From: Corallochytrium limacisporum Hawaii
Lineage: Eukaryota; Protista; Pluriformea
Direction: 5' to 3'
NCBI GenBank assembly: GCA_002811645.1
Contig: PDIP01000046.1
Coordinates: forward strand, 1 to 64,000
Length of the DNA stretch: 64,000 nucleotides
A model generated the notes under the pieces. The model was not told the origin of the DNA and ran no database searches. It saw only the letters and a program-made list of their open reading frames with translations. Shown in pieces: positions 32,656-43,336 of the stretch (within the stretch, counting starts at the first letter, position 1; the number at the start of each line of letters is the position of its first letter). The translations under genes and the position numbers were made by a program.

Positions 32656-33993
32656 TTACATTCTAGGGGGTTTTGAGTTCGGAGGATTCGACGGCGCGCC
32701 TTGTGCATGATCAGGCGGTGCTTGTGATTGGCCAGTGCAAGCATGTTGGGAGGGCCCGGGACCCATTTGTGGGGTGGCATGGCATCTATGTCCTTGCGGG
32801 ACCTGTGATCTGGTCTGATCAGCATACGTGGTGTTCGACAGAATCCACTGTTGCGGTACTGCTTCACTGCGAGGCGAGTGAACATACTGCATAGGAGCAG
32901 GGGCTGTATACGCAGGTTGCTGGGGAACAACTGTGTACATCATGTTGCCATGCATGTAAATGGGGAATCCCTGTGGGCTTACAAGTTGATAGGCCGTGGT
33001 CATGGGAGCAATTCCTTGTTCATTGGCCATGGGGATACCCTGTGGATGAATGGCCACGGGAGGTCCGGCTGGCATGCTGTGAGTTGTATGGTACCACGGT
33101 GCCTGAGGTGCAAATGCCGTCTGATTGTGCTGGACAGGGTTGTTTCCGTGATGCGGTATCAGCATCACTGGCGGTACTTGACTTGGTTCTCGTCCGTACG
33201 CTGGCTGGCTTGGGGCAGATGAAAGGTGCGTGTTATACTGTGCAGGTGTGGCGCCATTGTTCGTAGCGTGCAACTGCTGAGGTGTGCTTTCCGAAATCGC
33301 GGACTGCGTAGGTGCTTTGCTGCCAGATTTGACGTTGCTGTCCCTCTTGCCCGTCTGTACCGGAGAGTCATCGTTGCTCTTGTAAGAGTCGCTGTCATTG
33401 TCATCCGCGACAGTCAATTGCATATCTCGTATGGACTTCAGACTACCAGAAATACGCCGCCTGATTCTTGACGCTAGTGATTTGTGAGACCGTCTGAATA
33501 GCGGATGGCTGAACGCAAGAATCTTGCGCCACGTGTGAATAGTAGCCTTGCTGTTATTCGACGAGCGTAGACTTATATGACCACGTTCTAGTGCGCTCAG
33601 GACTTCCGCTTGACTGAATCTGTGGAAGCCATACAGGTTTAGCTGCCGGATGAAACTACTGATCCGATTGTGTTTGAAGTACCGGGGAATGATTTCTGCA
33701 GCAAACTTGTCACGATTGTACACGACCAGAGATTTTCCATCCTGAGTCCACTTGATCATTTCACCATCCTTGTCGTCCTCTACGATTTTCAAAAGTTGAT
33801 TAATGAACCCATGGCCGACAACACGATTGTCATCGTCTTCTTCGGGATTCCTTTCATCACTGCCGCTACTTTCATCACTACTACGGCCTTTCATTCTCGC
33901 CTCAGAGGGTGTCCCAGTTGCAGGTGCTGTTTGTGACTGATTGTCTGCGGTACTAGAGCCTATTCCACTGAGCTCAGTCTGTTTCCCCGACAT
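32656..33993 (-). CDS. HSF-type DNA-binding domain transcription factor (paralog A)
   Basis: FINQLLKIV...IKWTQDGKSLVV...F...IIPRYFKHNRISSFIRQLNLYGFHR...FSHPLF...IRRR, followed by a P/Q-rich tail. Confidence 0.93.
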   Translation of the reverse strand: MSGKQTELSGIGSSTADNQSQTAPATGTPSEARMKGRSSDESSGSDERNPEEDDDNRVVGHGFINQLLKIVEDDKDGEMIKWTQDGKSLVVYNRDKFAAEIIPRYFKHNRISSFIRQLNLYGFHRFSQAEVLSALERGHISLRSSNNSKATIHTWRKILAFSHPLFRRSHKSLASRIRRRISGSLKSIRDMQLTVADDNDSDSYKSNDDSPVQTGKRDSNVKSGSKAPTQSAISESTPQQLHATNNGATPAQYNTHLSSAPSQPAYGREPSQVPPVMLIPHHGNNPVQHNQTAFAPQAPWYHTTHSMPAGPPVAIHPQGIPMANEQGIAPMTTAYQLVSPQGFPIYMHGNMMYTVVPQQPAYTAPAPMQYVHSPRSEAVPQQWILSNTTYADQTRSQVPQGHRCHATPQMGPGPSQHACTGQSQAPPDHAQGAPSNPPNSKPPRM

Positions 33994-36900
33994 GTTATCT
34001 TGAAAACTTGACTCACCCTGGGAAGAAGACCCTTCCTGTCATGTGTTTGTGACTGCGTTGGATGCTTTGTGTCTTGGATCAGACTAAGCCGTACTTTTCT
34101 GCACACTTCTTGAGCCTTTGTTCTTGTTCTTACGTTTGACTTGTTGAGGTTTTGATCTTTTCCGTAGCCATTGTGTGGTTCGTGACTGGAACAAGTGAAA
34201 CGGCCAGTATACTGAACGACCTGATTGCTGTGGTTTCAGTTGAGGCTAGGATCACCAGAGCGAGTATTATTGTTTGGGTCTTCGCTAACATTTGTGCCAC
34301 TCCGCAGCTTAATATCGGCGTCCTTAAAGTTCGCTAAGTTCTCGAGTCTCGTTTTGTTCAAACCATGGTTGTGTAAACTCTTTAGTCGTTGATTCCATTC
34401 CCATTGTTCGGAACAGTAACTGATAGGGTAAGGACAACGCCGACTATCTCGTTACTGATGGGTGGTCAAATTCATGTACCTTCAAAAGGTGCAGTGTCTT
34501 GCTGTCTTGAAGTTTACATTCCAAAAGTGGTCGTCTTTGGCAGTACACTCATCTATTCACAAGGTGGCTCGAGAGACAGCTCTGCATACCACCTACCTGC
34601 GTACAGTAGGTTTTCCCTGTTGGGGAGGGTCCGTTCGTGTGGTTGGGGCTCATGGATTTTGAGTCCGCTTCCAGTAGGAGACTTGTCCCACCCTCAGAGC
34701 TGTCGCGCACGCAGCTGGTGTTGAGGGGCCCGATGGATGTTCTGTACCTCCTTTTCATTACTTCTCGGCCACCGTTTGTGTTCCTCGTAATTGGGATTCT
34801 CCTCTATTATCACCCACGCACAAGAAATGGGAACATGCTTGGAAGTCATATGATGCTAGGAGGTGTTTTGCCGCGCTTTCGATTTGAGGGAGATGGTATT
34901 GCAAGAAGCTCTGTTGTTCCTAAATTCATCGGTGTACCCAAGCACACCACACGCTTTGTCTGTGTGACATAGGGGACTCCCCGTGCCTTGTGGTGCACGT
35001 CAGCATTGATTTCCAAGGGAACCACATATTTTGGTGATATTTCGAATGGAAGTGCAGCAACGGGCTACGGCTGTGTCATTTCTTCCTTGCGAGCGGGTCC
35101 TACGAGAAAACCCACAAAGTTCCGTTCCCAATAAATTAACCCATTCTTCGCTCATTTACCGAGACTGGCCCTCTGACCTAAAGTTTCCGGTGGGCTTTCA
35201 CCGGCTTCCGCAATATTAGGGCACACTATGCAGCCCTCTGTTCTACACACTACGTGTGAATGCACGCAAAGGCGTATCTCGCCATCACAGCCGTCCGGTC
35301 ATTTGGTGTGGGAAGTGTGCCTCCGGGCGTGCAGCGCGAGAACTGTCGGAAAGGCGCACCGGGAGGATCGCTCTGACAGGGTGTGTGTGACTTAGTTTAC
35401 AACCATTTGTAAACATTTCTGAGTGGCATTACAGACCCCCTGTGCGGCGCAGGGGAGGGGCCCTTGCAGCATGGACCTTCTGGGACCTGTGAAGTGGAAA
35501 AAAGTTGTCAATGGTGAATGAATCTATAGATCATACCGTTTGACCAATTCGAGAAGATATTCTATAGTTTGGGCAATCCACTCACTGCGCATAGCATCCG
35601 ATCGCAAAATGATCAAACCCCTGCTGTACGCTTCTTCCATTGTTTGATTCACATCCACATTTCTCAAGTGCCGCAAGTTGATAGCGAAACCGGTACACAG
35701 CACACAGGTTCCCCACTTCGTCCATCACTCCGAGGTCGAACGCGAAGGGAGACGAAAAGCTAGGCTGTGCAAACCCTGGAGATTTCCAGCAACAGAGTGT
35801 GGCTCAACACCTTTGTCCAAGCAGTTTGGTGCAGGTTGCCGCATCAGCGAAGTCTCTTCATGTTTGCGCTTCTGTAAATGGCTACTGAGCCACCATGTGC
35901 GTACACAGCAAACTGATGAAGTATGCCCCAACCGCAATTTTTGTACTCATACCTTTACAAGGTAAGGACCCTTGCGGTAGCGACCGGACCCTCCCAGCGA
36001 TGGTGGGGCGGAATTTGCCACCCGGGGATCTCACACGTCGCTTCCCGACGATTGACTGTCCCCGCAAGTAAAGACGAAAAGAAATTTGCAATGAATCAGG
36101 CTGGAAGACCCTCCCCGGCGGTTGCGCGGCGAAATTTTCCCCACGTAAACGGCTGGGAGGATAGGAAAATGTGGACATGCTCCAGCATTCTGCGCTGTGA
36201 CAGTATGTTCCATTCTGGTCAGGCATACTGGAATGTCTCGCCAGCCGCAAAAGAAGCAACATGGGCATGGACCGGAGCGACTACTCAAGAGCCATTAGGT
36301 TGGTCCATGAAGGAATTGAGTGACCACGGCGATGATGGGGAAGCTCTGGTGTCCCCCTCCTCCCAGCAGTTGCGTTACAAATGGGTGCGCGCTGCTAAGA
36401 TCCAATCTGAGGCAGAGAGGGCAGGGGACCCTCCCTCCATATGACACGCTCGCTGGCCCTGCCCTTTCTCATCTCGCAGCCCCGGGCGGCAGCAGTGTTG
36501 GGGCTGAAAATTACCAACCCCTCCTCCTGTTCCTCCCCCTCCCACTCTGTGTCCCTTTATTTCTGTTGGGGCGAAGCCCCGTGTGTCAGTATCTTGGCCG
36601 GCCCGAAGCTGGAATTCATACCGACGTCACTATTTGCAAGAAAAGGGGTACCAATTGCATTTGGATCTTTGGCAATTATTGCCTTTCCATTGGACCTTAA
36701 CGGAGAACACTTCCTGTCCCATTACACCCGCTTTGGAGTTTGCTAAGGAAGTGTGATGTTCCTGCCAATTTTACATCAAATACCCAAGTATGTGGAGAGG
36801 TCAAGTTCAAACAAACTTTTAGTTCGGAGTACTATACATGCCTGTTTCCCATTGGCAGCCGTAACCTTTGCAACCTCTGGGCTAATGGAACAGGCCTTCC

Positions 36901-37899
36901 CTGCAATATGTCAACGCAACAAACTTAGTGAAGGAGACAAACAATTGAGGCACCGTATGTTCTGCTCTCCACTGATTTGCAATATGAAACTTGTGATTAA
37001 TTACATCTATGATTATGATTGATACCATTAAATTGATATACTTTTTATTGGAAATGGGGCCTTAACCGCGACTTTCTAGTACCCACCATTCGAACGTGTC
37101 CGTAACTGAAAGACAAGAAAGAACCCAAACCAAACCAAAACCGGTGTTTAAATTGGTGGTCAGTCATTTCATCACCCGCTGTCCCATTTGGGAGGAAGTA
37201 AATTTTGTCCCGGGGGGACCCGACAGGCACTAGTGCCATGCAAATAGCATGAACAAATATGATCCAGTATCTAGCCATTGCGTGCAGCCAATCTTTTGGA
37301 CAGAGTTATTCGGATTATTTCGGTGGTCTCGGGTGGAAGCTGGAGATACAGAGAGCCGGGAATTCTATACATTGGGATTGGTACAGACGAGAGGTCATTT
37401 GGGAGTGGATGTGGCCTTTACCTCTTTCTGAAGCCAATTGCGACCAATTTTCCATTTTCATCTGTCGTGCGTCCAATCCTGAACCCGTGCAAGGTTCAGC
37501 AAACGTGATTCTCCAGCCTTGAACACTACCTCACGAGACCATTGCCGTGGGCATCGCCATGGAACTCAAGTAGTATTGTTGGACACAATTGTGCACCTTT
37601 TCACGGATCGAAAACGTCACGAATGCATCGAAGTGAAAAATACCTATGTACTACATGCTGATGATGTGCCCTATAAAATCAAGTTGTCTGCCGCAGGTGT
37701 CGTGTTCACAATTTAAGTGTCAACCGTTTTGGTTTCCACCAGGGAATCGATTCGATCCATCACGTTGCTGTCCTCTGTATGGCTGCTGTCGTTGATGAGG
37801 TTGCAGAGGAGGATACTGTCGCTGTTCCTGGTGTTGCTGTTGTGGCAGTTGGTGGCCCCCATCGGCTACATAGTGACCAATTCCATGAGCATGTTGATG

Positions 37900-39339
37900 T
37901 TAAGCAGGAAATTGACCGGTCTGTTGGTGATGCTGCATGTGATGTGGATGTTGCATACTGTACTGGTGTTGGTGTTGTTGTTGCACAGGCTGCGCGGCAG
38001 GGTGCTGGGCATGCTGACGGTGTGCGGGATGGTCCGGCATGTTTGACTGTACGGAGTGGGCCTGGTAGAGATGATTAGATCCTGCAGGACTGTGGACATA
38101 GTACATGGAGCCTGGCAATTGGCCATGCTGAGGCATTATTGCAACAAGCATGGGCTGTGGTTGCACCTGTCCCGGCATAACGGCCTGCACCTGTTGAAAA
38201 TGAGGAAATTGCATGAACATGGTCGGGTTCACCGGTTGCATGACCTGTTGATTGTTCACCTGCTGCTGGGGAGGCAGAGACAGAAACTGCTGGTTCATAT
38301 TCGACGGTATATGCTGTTCCTGCTGTGTGACTGCCAGAACATGATGCGACTTAGCCTCACTCAGCTTTCGCGGTACAGACGATGACGGTGTGGACCAAGT
38401 ACCCGCCTTTCCTCCCTCTCCGCTCGCATTCCCTTGTCCATCGTTGTCGGAAGTTATCCGGTTAGCAGTTCCAGACTTTGGTGGTTTCTTTCGCTGTTTG
38501 CGTTTGATTTTGGTTGCGAGTTGGGGATTGCCCTTGATAAAGTTTTCGTGTTGAAAAACAAGCAATTTCGCCCATGATGTGAAACTTGGATTGCTTGTTC
38601 GAATGTTAATGTTCTCCCTTTCCAGAGCCCGAAGGATCTCTGGTGAAGAGAACTTATGGAAGCCATACAGATTTAGCTGCCGGATGAAGGATGCCATTCG
38701 GCGGTGCCGGAAGTGAGTCGGTAGGAAGTCTTGAACGAAGCGGTTCTGGTCATATATGACCACCGATTTACCATCCTTGGCCCAGCAAATAAGGTCGTCC
38801 AATTGAGGGTCGTTGACAAGCTTAAAGATGTTCTGCACAAACGTGGGGATCATGAGCGCAACAGCTTCTTCTTCCTCCTCCTCTTCTTCCTCTTTTTGCT
38901 CAGCGTCTTGAGCAGTAGCCTCTTCGAAGTCATTATTCATTTCGCTGGCATCATGCCCACTAGTGCTTCGAAAGTTTTGATCACTTGTTGACATGTTCCT
39001 GGAGCTCGAAGTTGCCGGCTTCGCTTCACTTCTACGCTTGGCATCAGCTGTCTGTGGGTCGGATTTCGAGCGTGCTCGAGATTCATCCTCGTCGGCCCTA
39101 TCTTTACTTTTTATCGTAGTCGTCCGAGTTCGACTGGCGGTAGTCTCACGGCTACCACCAGATCCTTCATGAGTTTTCGAGGACGGAGCTGGTGAACGTC
39201 TTGAGTTTGTGTCACTTCGCTGTAGGTGCTCAGAATCTTGTTTCGCCTCGTATGTGTGGCACGAGGTTTCCGAAGACTCCATATTTTCCGAGTCTCCTTC
39301 ATCAACTCTACTGAGGTCTTCGGCCCCGATTCGTGACAT
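37900..39339 (-). CDS. HSF-type DNA-binding domain transcription factor (paralog B), possibly extended to 37720
   Basis: IPTFVQNIFKLVND...ICWAKDGKS...LPTHFRHRRMASFIRQLNLYGFHK...FQHENFIKG...IKRK, followed by a Q/H/P-rich tail. Confidence 0.93.
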   Translation of the reverse strand: MSRIGAEDLSRVDEGDSENMESSETSCHTYEAKQDSEHLQRSDTNSRRSPAPSSKTHEGSGGSRETTASRTRTTTIKSKDRADEDESRARSKSDPQTADAKRRSEAKPATSSSRNMSTSDQNFRSTSGHDASEMNNDFEEATAQDAEQKEEEEEEEEEAVALMIPTFVQNIFKLVNDPQLDDLICWAKDGKSVVIYDQNRFVQDFLPTHFRHRRMASFIRQLNLYGFHKFSSPEILRALERENINIRTSNPSFTSWAKLLVFQHENFIKGNPQLATKIKRKQRKKPPKSGTANRITSDNDGQGNASGEGGKAGTWSTPSSSVPRKLSEAKSHHVLAVTQQEQHIPSNMNQQFLSLPPQQQVNNQQVMQPVNPTMFMQFPHFQQVQAVMPGQVQPQPMLVAIMPQHGQLPGSMYYVHSPAGSNHLYQAHSVQSNMPDHPAHRQHAQHPAAQPVQQQHQHQYSMQHPHHMQHHQQTGQFPA

Positions 39340-40532
39340 GCTTAGAGCTTCTTATACTTTAACACTGCCTGGCTACATGGTTCTTGTTCTTGTGGCGAGA
39401 CCTCGGTCCCGTACATCATTGTGTTCCTTGGAGGGAGGTAAGTACAATTATCTGCCTGAGATTGAAGAGTCGACTGCAAAATAGCCTTCTTGCGGACACA
39501 AACATCACAGAACTATTACCTTGGTCGTAATAACTTAGCTACAGCATAATCTTCAACATAGCAGAGTTACTTTTCTCCCAATAAAGGAACGTTGGTGCAG
39601 TTCGTATGACCCAGCCCCAATTTAGACCCTCCCCAAGTCTTTCCGGGCTGCAGACCCTCCCTATGGGTAACATTCGGTGAACAGAAGGTCAGTCCAGGCT
39701 CACGATAGAGAAGAGCTGCCGAGTGCGCAACATCCGAGCCCATTTTCGATGGTAAGAGCACTTTCCTGCTGGTTCTTGAATGCTTGGCAGCACTCAATTG
39801 CCCACAGCACCGAGGAGTGATAGTTCTTGGATGTCTCGAAAGTGGTTCACCCGGGGCTGTGTGAGATAGTCGAAACAGGGCCGTAACCCCGGGCGCAGCT
39901 GCCGCATTGTTTCTCCGTGTTCGTCGCTTCTCCTGGTAATATGTATTCCTATGTATTCCTGGGGGATATTTCGTTTAGTATTGAGAGTACACAGTAGTCC
40001 ACAGTGGTCGGTCGCACTCGGAACATGGGTGTGTGGCCGGCCATCCATGCTTAAATCCTATCTCCCACCGGCAGAAGAAGGACGAAGGATGTTTACGTCC
40101 ACTACCCTGTCAGATCTGACAGGCAAAGGAATTCGTATCTTTGCGTATTGTTCGCATTCTGGAAACCAGCACAGGCTCTTATTAGAACATGATATGTTTT
40201 TCAAGAACGGTTCCTGGACTTCTTGCCCTTCCTTCCCAAGTGACGGCTATGCAAAAGGGGGGGGGAGGAGAAAATTTTGATTAAAATCATTATCTCAATA
40301 TGAAAATTTTGAAACAATCAAAAATCACAAATCTTGCAAAGATCGCTGAAACTTTGGACATCAGTAGGGGGGCTGTCCTCCGGAAGGATCCCTCGCACAC
40401 GCGAGTTCATTAAATCCCTACGTGCACCATGTCAGGGTATTCGAGAATGATGAGTATCAGTAATTGCGCTTGTGGTTGGCGCTCGCAGATCATGGATGTG
40501 CTATTGGAACTTCACGGGTCCGGGATACAATT

Positions 40533-41117
40533 ATGGCTAACTCTGTGAGGAGAACCCTCACCTTTGTGACGGGCAACAAGAAAAAGCTTGAAGAAGTTGT
40601 GCACATCCTCAATAGCAACCCGTCTGTTCATTTTGACATTGACAACAAGAAGATCGACCTTCCAGAACTGCAGGGTGAACCGGAAGAAATCGCACGGAAG
40701 AAGTGCCAGCTGGCGGCCCAGGACATTAAGGGACCAGTGATCACAGAAGACACCTGCCTGTGCTTCAATGCCCTGAGTGGCCTACCGGGACCGTACATCA
40801 AGTGGTTCCTCGAAAAGGTGGGGCATGATGGGCTGAACCGAATGCTCCACGGTTTCGAAGACAAGACAGCGTACGCGCTATGCACTTTTGCCTTCACGGA
40901 AGGACCGGGTGAGGAAATATTTGTCTTTGAGGGCCGGACGGATGGGCGCATTGTACCGTCACGTGGTGACAACAACTTTGGATGGGATCCTATTTTTGAA
41001 CCTGAGGGATTCGCACAAACATATGCTGAGATGGACAAAGATGTAAAGCACACCATCAGCCATCGTCGCCGGGCACTGGATGCCATGCGCGTGCACTTCG
41101 AAAAGGAAGGTCAATAA
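40533..41117 (+). CDS. ITPA: Inosine triphosphate pyrophosphatase (Ham1 family)
   Basis: [45 protein letters not shown] and ISHR motifs. First ATG is at 40533. Confidence 0.97.
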   Translation: MANSVRRTLTFVTGNKKKLEEVVHILNSNPSVHFDIDNKKIDLPELQGEPEEIARKKCQLAAQDIKGPVITEDTCLCFNALSGLPGPYIKWFLEKVGHDGLNRMLHGFEDKTAYALCTFAFTEGPGEEIFVFEGRTDGRIVPSRGDNNFGWDPIFEPEGFAQTYAEMDKDVKHTISHRRRALDAMRVHFEKEGQ

Positions 41118-41144
41118 TTATAGATTACACTGTTGTATTTGTAC

Positions 41145-42875
41145 CTAGAGCATGAAGAGTCCATTCTTGGTCGACTTGAACCGTACACCACGATTCCTTT
41201 TCACGTTCCTGCTCGCAAACTTCTTGCCCATTTTCTTGTGGTGAAGATCCTGACTCGGATGGTTTGGTGTTGCCTCGTTTGCTGCCCGCTTTCTGGCAAG
41301 ACTCTCCGCTTTGTACTCTCTCCAAGTCTTTCCGTACTTGTCCCGGGCATATTTCATCGGGGAGACGTTGATATGTTTGCTCAGCAAACCTTTAGAACCT
41401 AAGGCAAGCAAATCCAAGTGCTGGCCAGCCAAGCACGCTTTCCTGGACTGTTCAAGTTTCCGGGACACCTCGGACTCTAGCAGTCTACTGACTATTCTGG
41501 TTACATTGTAGTTGCCATCCACGGGATCTTCACAGTGCAGTCCGACTCCGAAGGGATAGCATCTTCGGAGAATGGCTGGAATGCCTGATGTCGACATGGC
41601 CACAGGTTGACCTGCCCTGACACTGATCATGTGATCGGCATACGGGAATTGGGAGTAGTAGTGGAAGAATCCAGTAAGCATGGACGCGTAGTTACATTCA
41701 TTTGTGGTATCTCTGAACCCCAATCTGCGGCTTCGCTTTGCTTTCTTATCCCATTCATCCTGGCTGGTTTCTGACCACCATGCCGATGGTTTGCCCACGG
41801 CTTCCACTGCATGTAGTGATGGCATCATTTGGGGCTTCACACCCGCTTGGAGGTACTGCAAAACCATCAATGACAATCCAAAGCTATTGAAGGCATATCT
41901 TCCACCGAGAAGGCCAGCTTGCCGGGCCCAGTGTTTAACAATGTGTACCATGTCTCTGTACATTGGATTCAAATCCACATACGCTCGCAGCAATTCAGTA
42001 TTCTGAAGCCCAGTCGGGCCATACCCGCTCACATCACACGCTACATTTGTTTCTCTATCCACAAACTTGAGCAGTGGCACTCTTGCTCGCGGAATCCACT
42101 CCATATCCTTGTAGCGTCTCCTTTCTGTCCCCTGTAGTATGAATTTTGCCTCACTCAATGCTTGACGATTCACTTCCCTGAGGCTTTGGCCCGAGAGTTT
42201 CGCAACGTCCCCAAATACAAGTTCCGAACTAAGGTGATTCGGATATAACTGAATGTCTATATCACTACCCTTTGTACTAAGTCCATTTCCAGCGCTTCCG
42301 AATGTGGAAATGCACCAGTCCTCTCTCGGGAATATAGCACGCAAGTGCTCCATGGTAGCGTTTCGCCTATCTAGCTCCTCTTCTGCTGGAAGAATTGTGT
42401 TCTGCAACCAGCTACGCAGCACTAAGTCAACGTACCGCAGGTGGTCTGTTGATTCCTGTACAAAATCTGAAGCCTGTCCTTTGACCAAGAGAATTCCTTC
42501 GTTAATAGAAGCTGTATCCGTTTGGGAATTACGAGCGGATTCCATGTAACTTTCGAACATGACTCGGTCTGGCGAAGGCATTTCAGGGAAACCGATTCCT
42601 TCTGGAGGCCCTGTAATATCATCCCGTGATCCTCTTACAATGCTTCCCCGTTCTCTATGTTGCTGTTGCTTCCTTTTTTTGCGCACAGTCTGAGACTTTG
42701 GCACTGGCGGCTCAACTGGAGCCATCTCCACGCCGAAATCTATCCAATCGTCCTCCGTGGAACCATTCTGAGGCGTGGATTCTGTTTTCTTGTGTCTTAT
42801 AAATGGTATGGCCCGTGACGGATGTGATCCCAGCTTGCCAACTGAACCTACAGCTCGGTGGCGTAAGGTAAACAT
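41145..42875 (-). CDS. Non-canonical poly(A)/poly(U) polymerase (Cid1/TUT/mtPAP-like) with presequence-like N-terminus
   Basis: FGS...SDID and CDVS catalytic Asp triad, ARVPLLKF, VKHWA, and PAP-associated domain FFHYYSQF...EDPVDGNYNV. Confidence 0.9.
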   Translation of the reverse strand: MFTLRHRAVGSVGKLGSHPSRAIPFIRHKKTESTPQNGSTEDDWIDFGVEMAPVEPPVPKSQTVRKKRKQQQHRERGSIVRGSRDDITGPPEGIGFPEMPSPDRVMFESYMESARNSQTDTASINEGILLVKGQASDFVQESTDHLRYVDLVLRSWLQNTILPAEEELDRRNATMEHLRAIFPREDWCISTFGSAGNGLSTKGSDIDIQLYPNHLSSELVFGDVAKLSGQSLREVNRQALSEAKFILQGTERRRYKDMEWIPRARVPLLKFVDRETNVACDVSGYGPTGLQNTELLRAYVDLNPMYRDMVHIVKHWARQAGLLGGRYAFNSFGLSLMVLQYLQAGVKPQMMPSLHAVEAVGKPSAWWSETSQDEWDKKAKRSRRLGFRDTTNECNYASMLTGFFHYYSQFPYADHMISVRAGQPVAMSTSGIPAILRRCYPFGVGLHCEDPVDGNYNVTRIVSRLLESEVSRKLEQSRKACLAGQHLDLLALGSKGLLSKHINVSPMKYARDKYGKTWREYKAESLARKRAANEATPNHPSQDLHHKKMGKKFASRNVKRNRGVRFKSTKNGLFML

Positions 42876-43336
42876 GTTATGTCATGTGTGAGTGGTTGTC
42901 AGCAGCCCGTCTCTGCCCATCTTGTATTATCATAGAGCCAGAAAAGCCCGAATCGTGGAGCGTTATGTCTATTAGCGCAGGTTTAATTATGCCAAGGATA
43001 CCTACTCCATCATGAAATAGGGAATCTGAAACTTCTTTGTCAAGAGAAACCGGTGTTACTTGAGTACCTTCGCCTTCGTCTCCTGCTCGAAGCCTGAAGC
43101 CTGTGCGCAAGAATTGGCACGGAGGGGTGGGGGAGGGAGGTGCGGAGAGAGGGGTGCGGAGGGAAGGGCGCGGCGGGTACCGTGGTACCAGTTTGCGGGG
43201 CCATAAGGAACAGGGACCAGATGGGAGATCGTGAGCCTTGGTCAGCTAACACCATCAGCACTTGAGACCAGCATCTGTGACCACAGCTGGGGCTTGACCA
43301 TTGCACACTATACTGTTCAGTAATCTTTTCGATTTT

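Noticed and set aside
37900-37902. Alternative genetic code (TAA = Gln)
   Set aside because: Calmodulin, DNA-PKcs, RPB11 and ITPA end at TAA at their expected C-termini.
40464-40532. TTG-initiated ITPA extension with an RL...H PTS2-like pattern
   Set aside because: The spacing is off by one from RLx5HL and the following residue is Gly.
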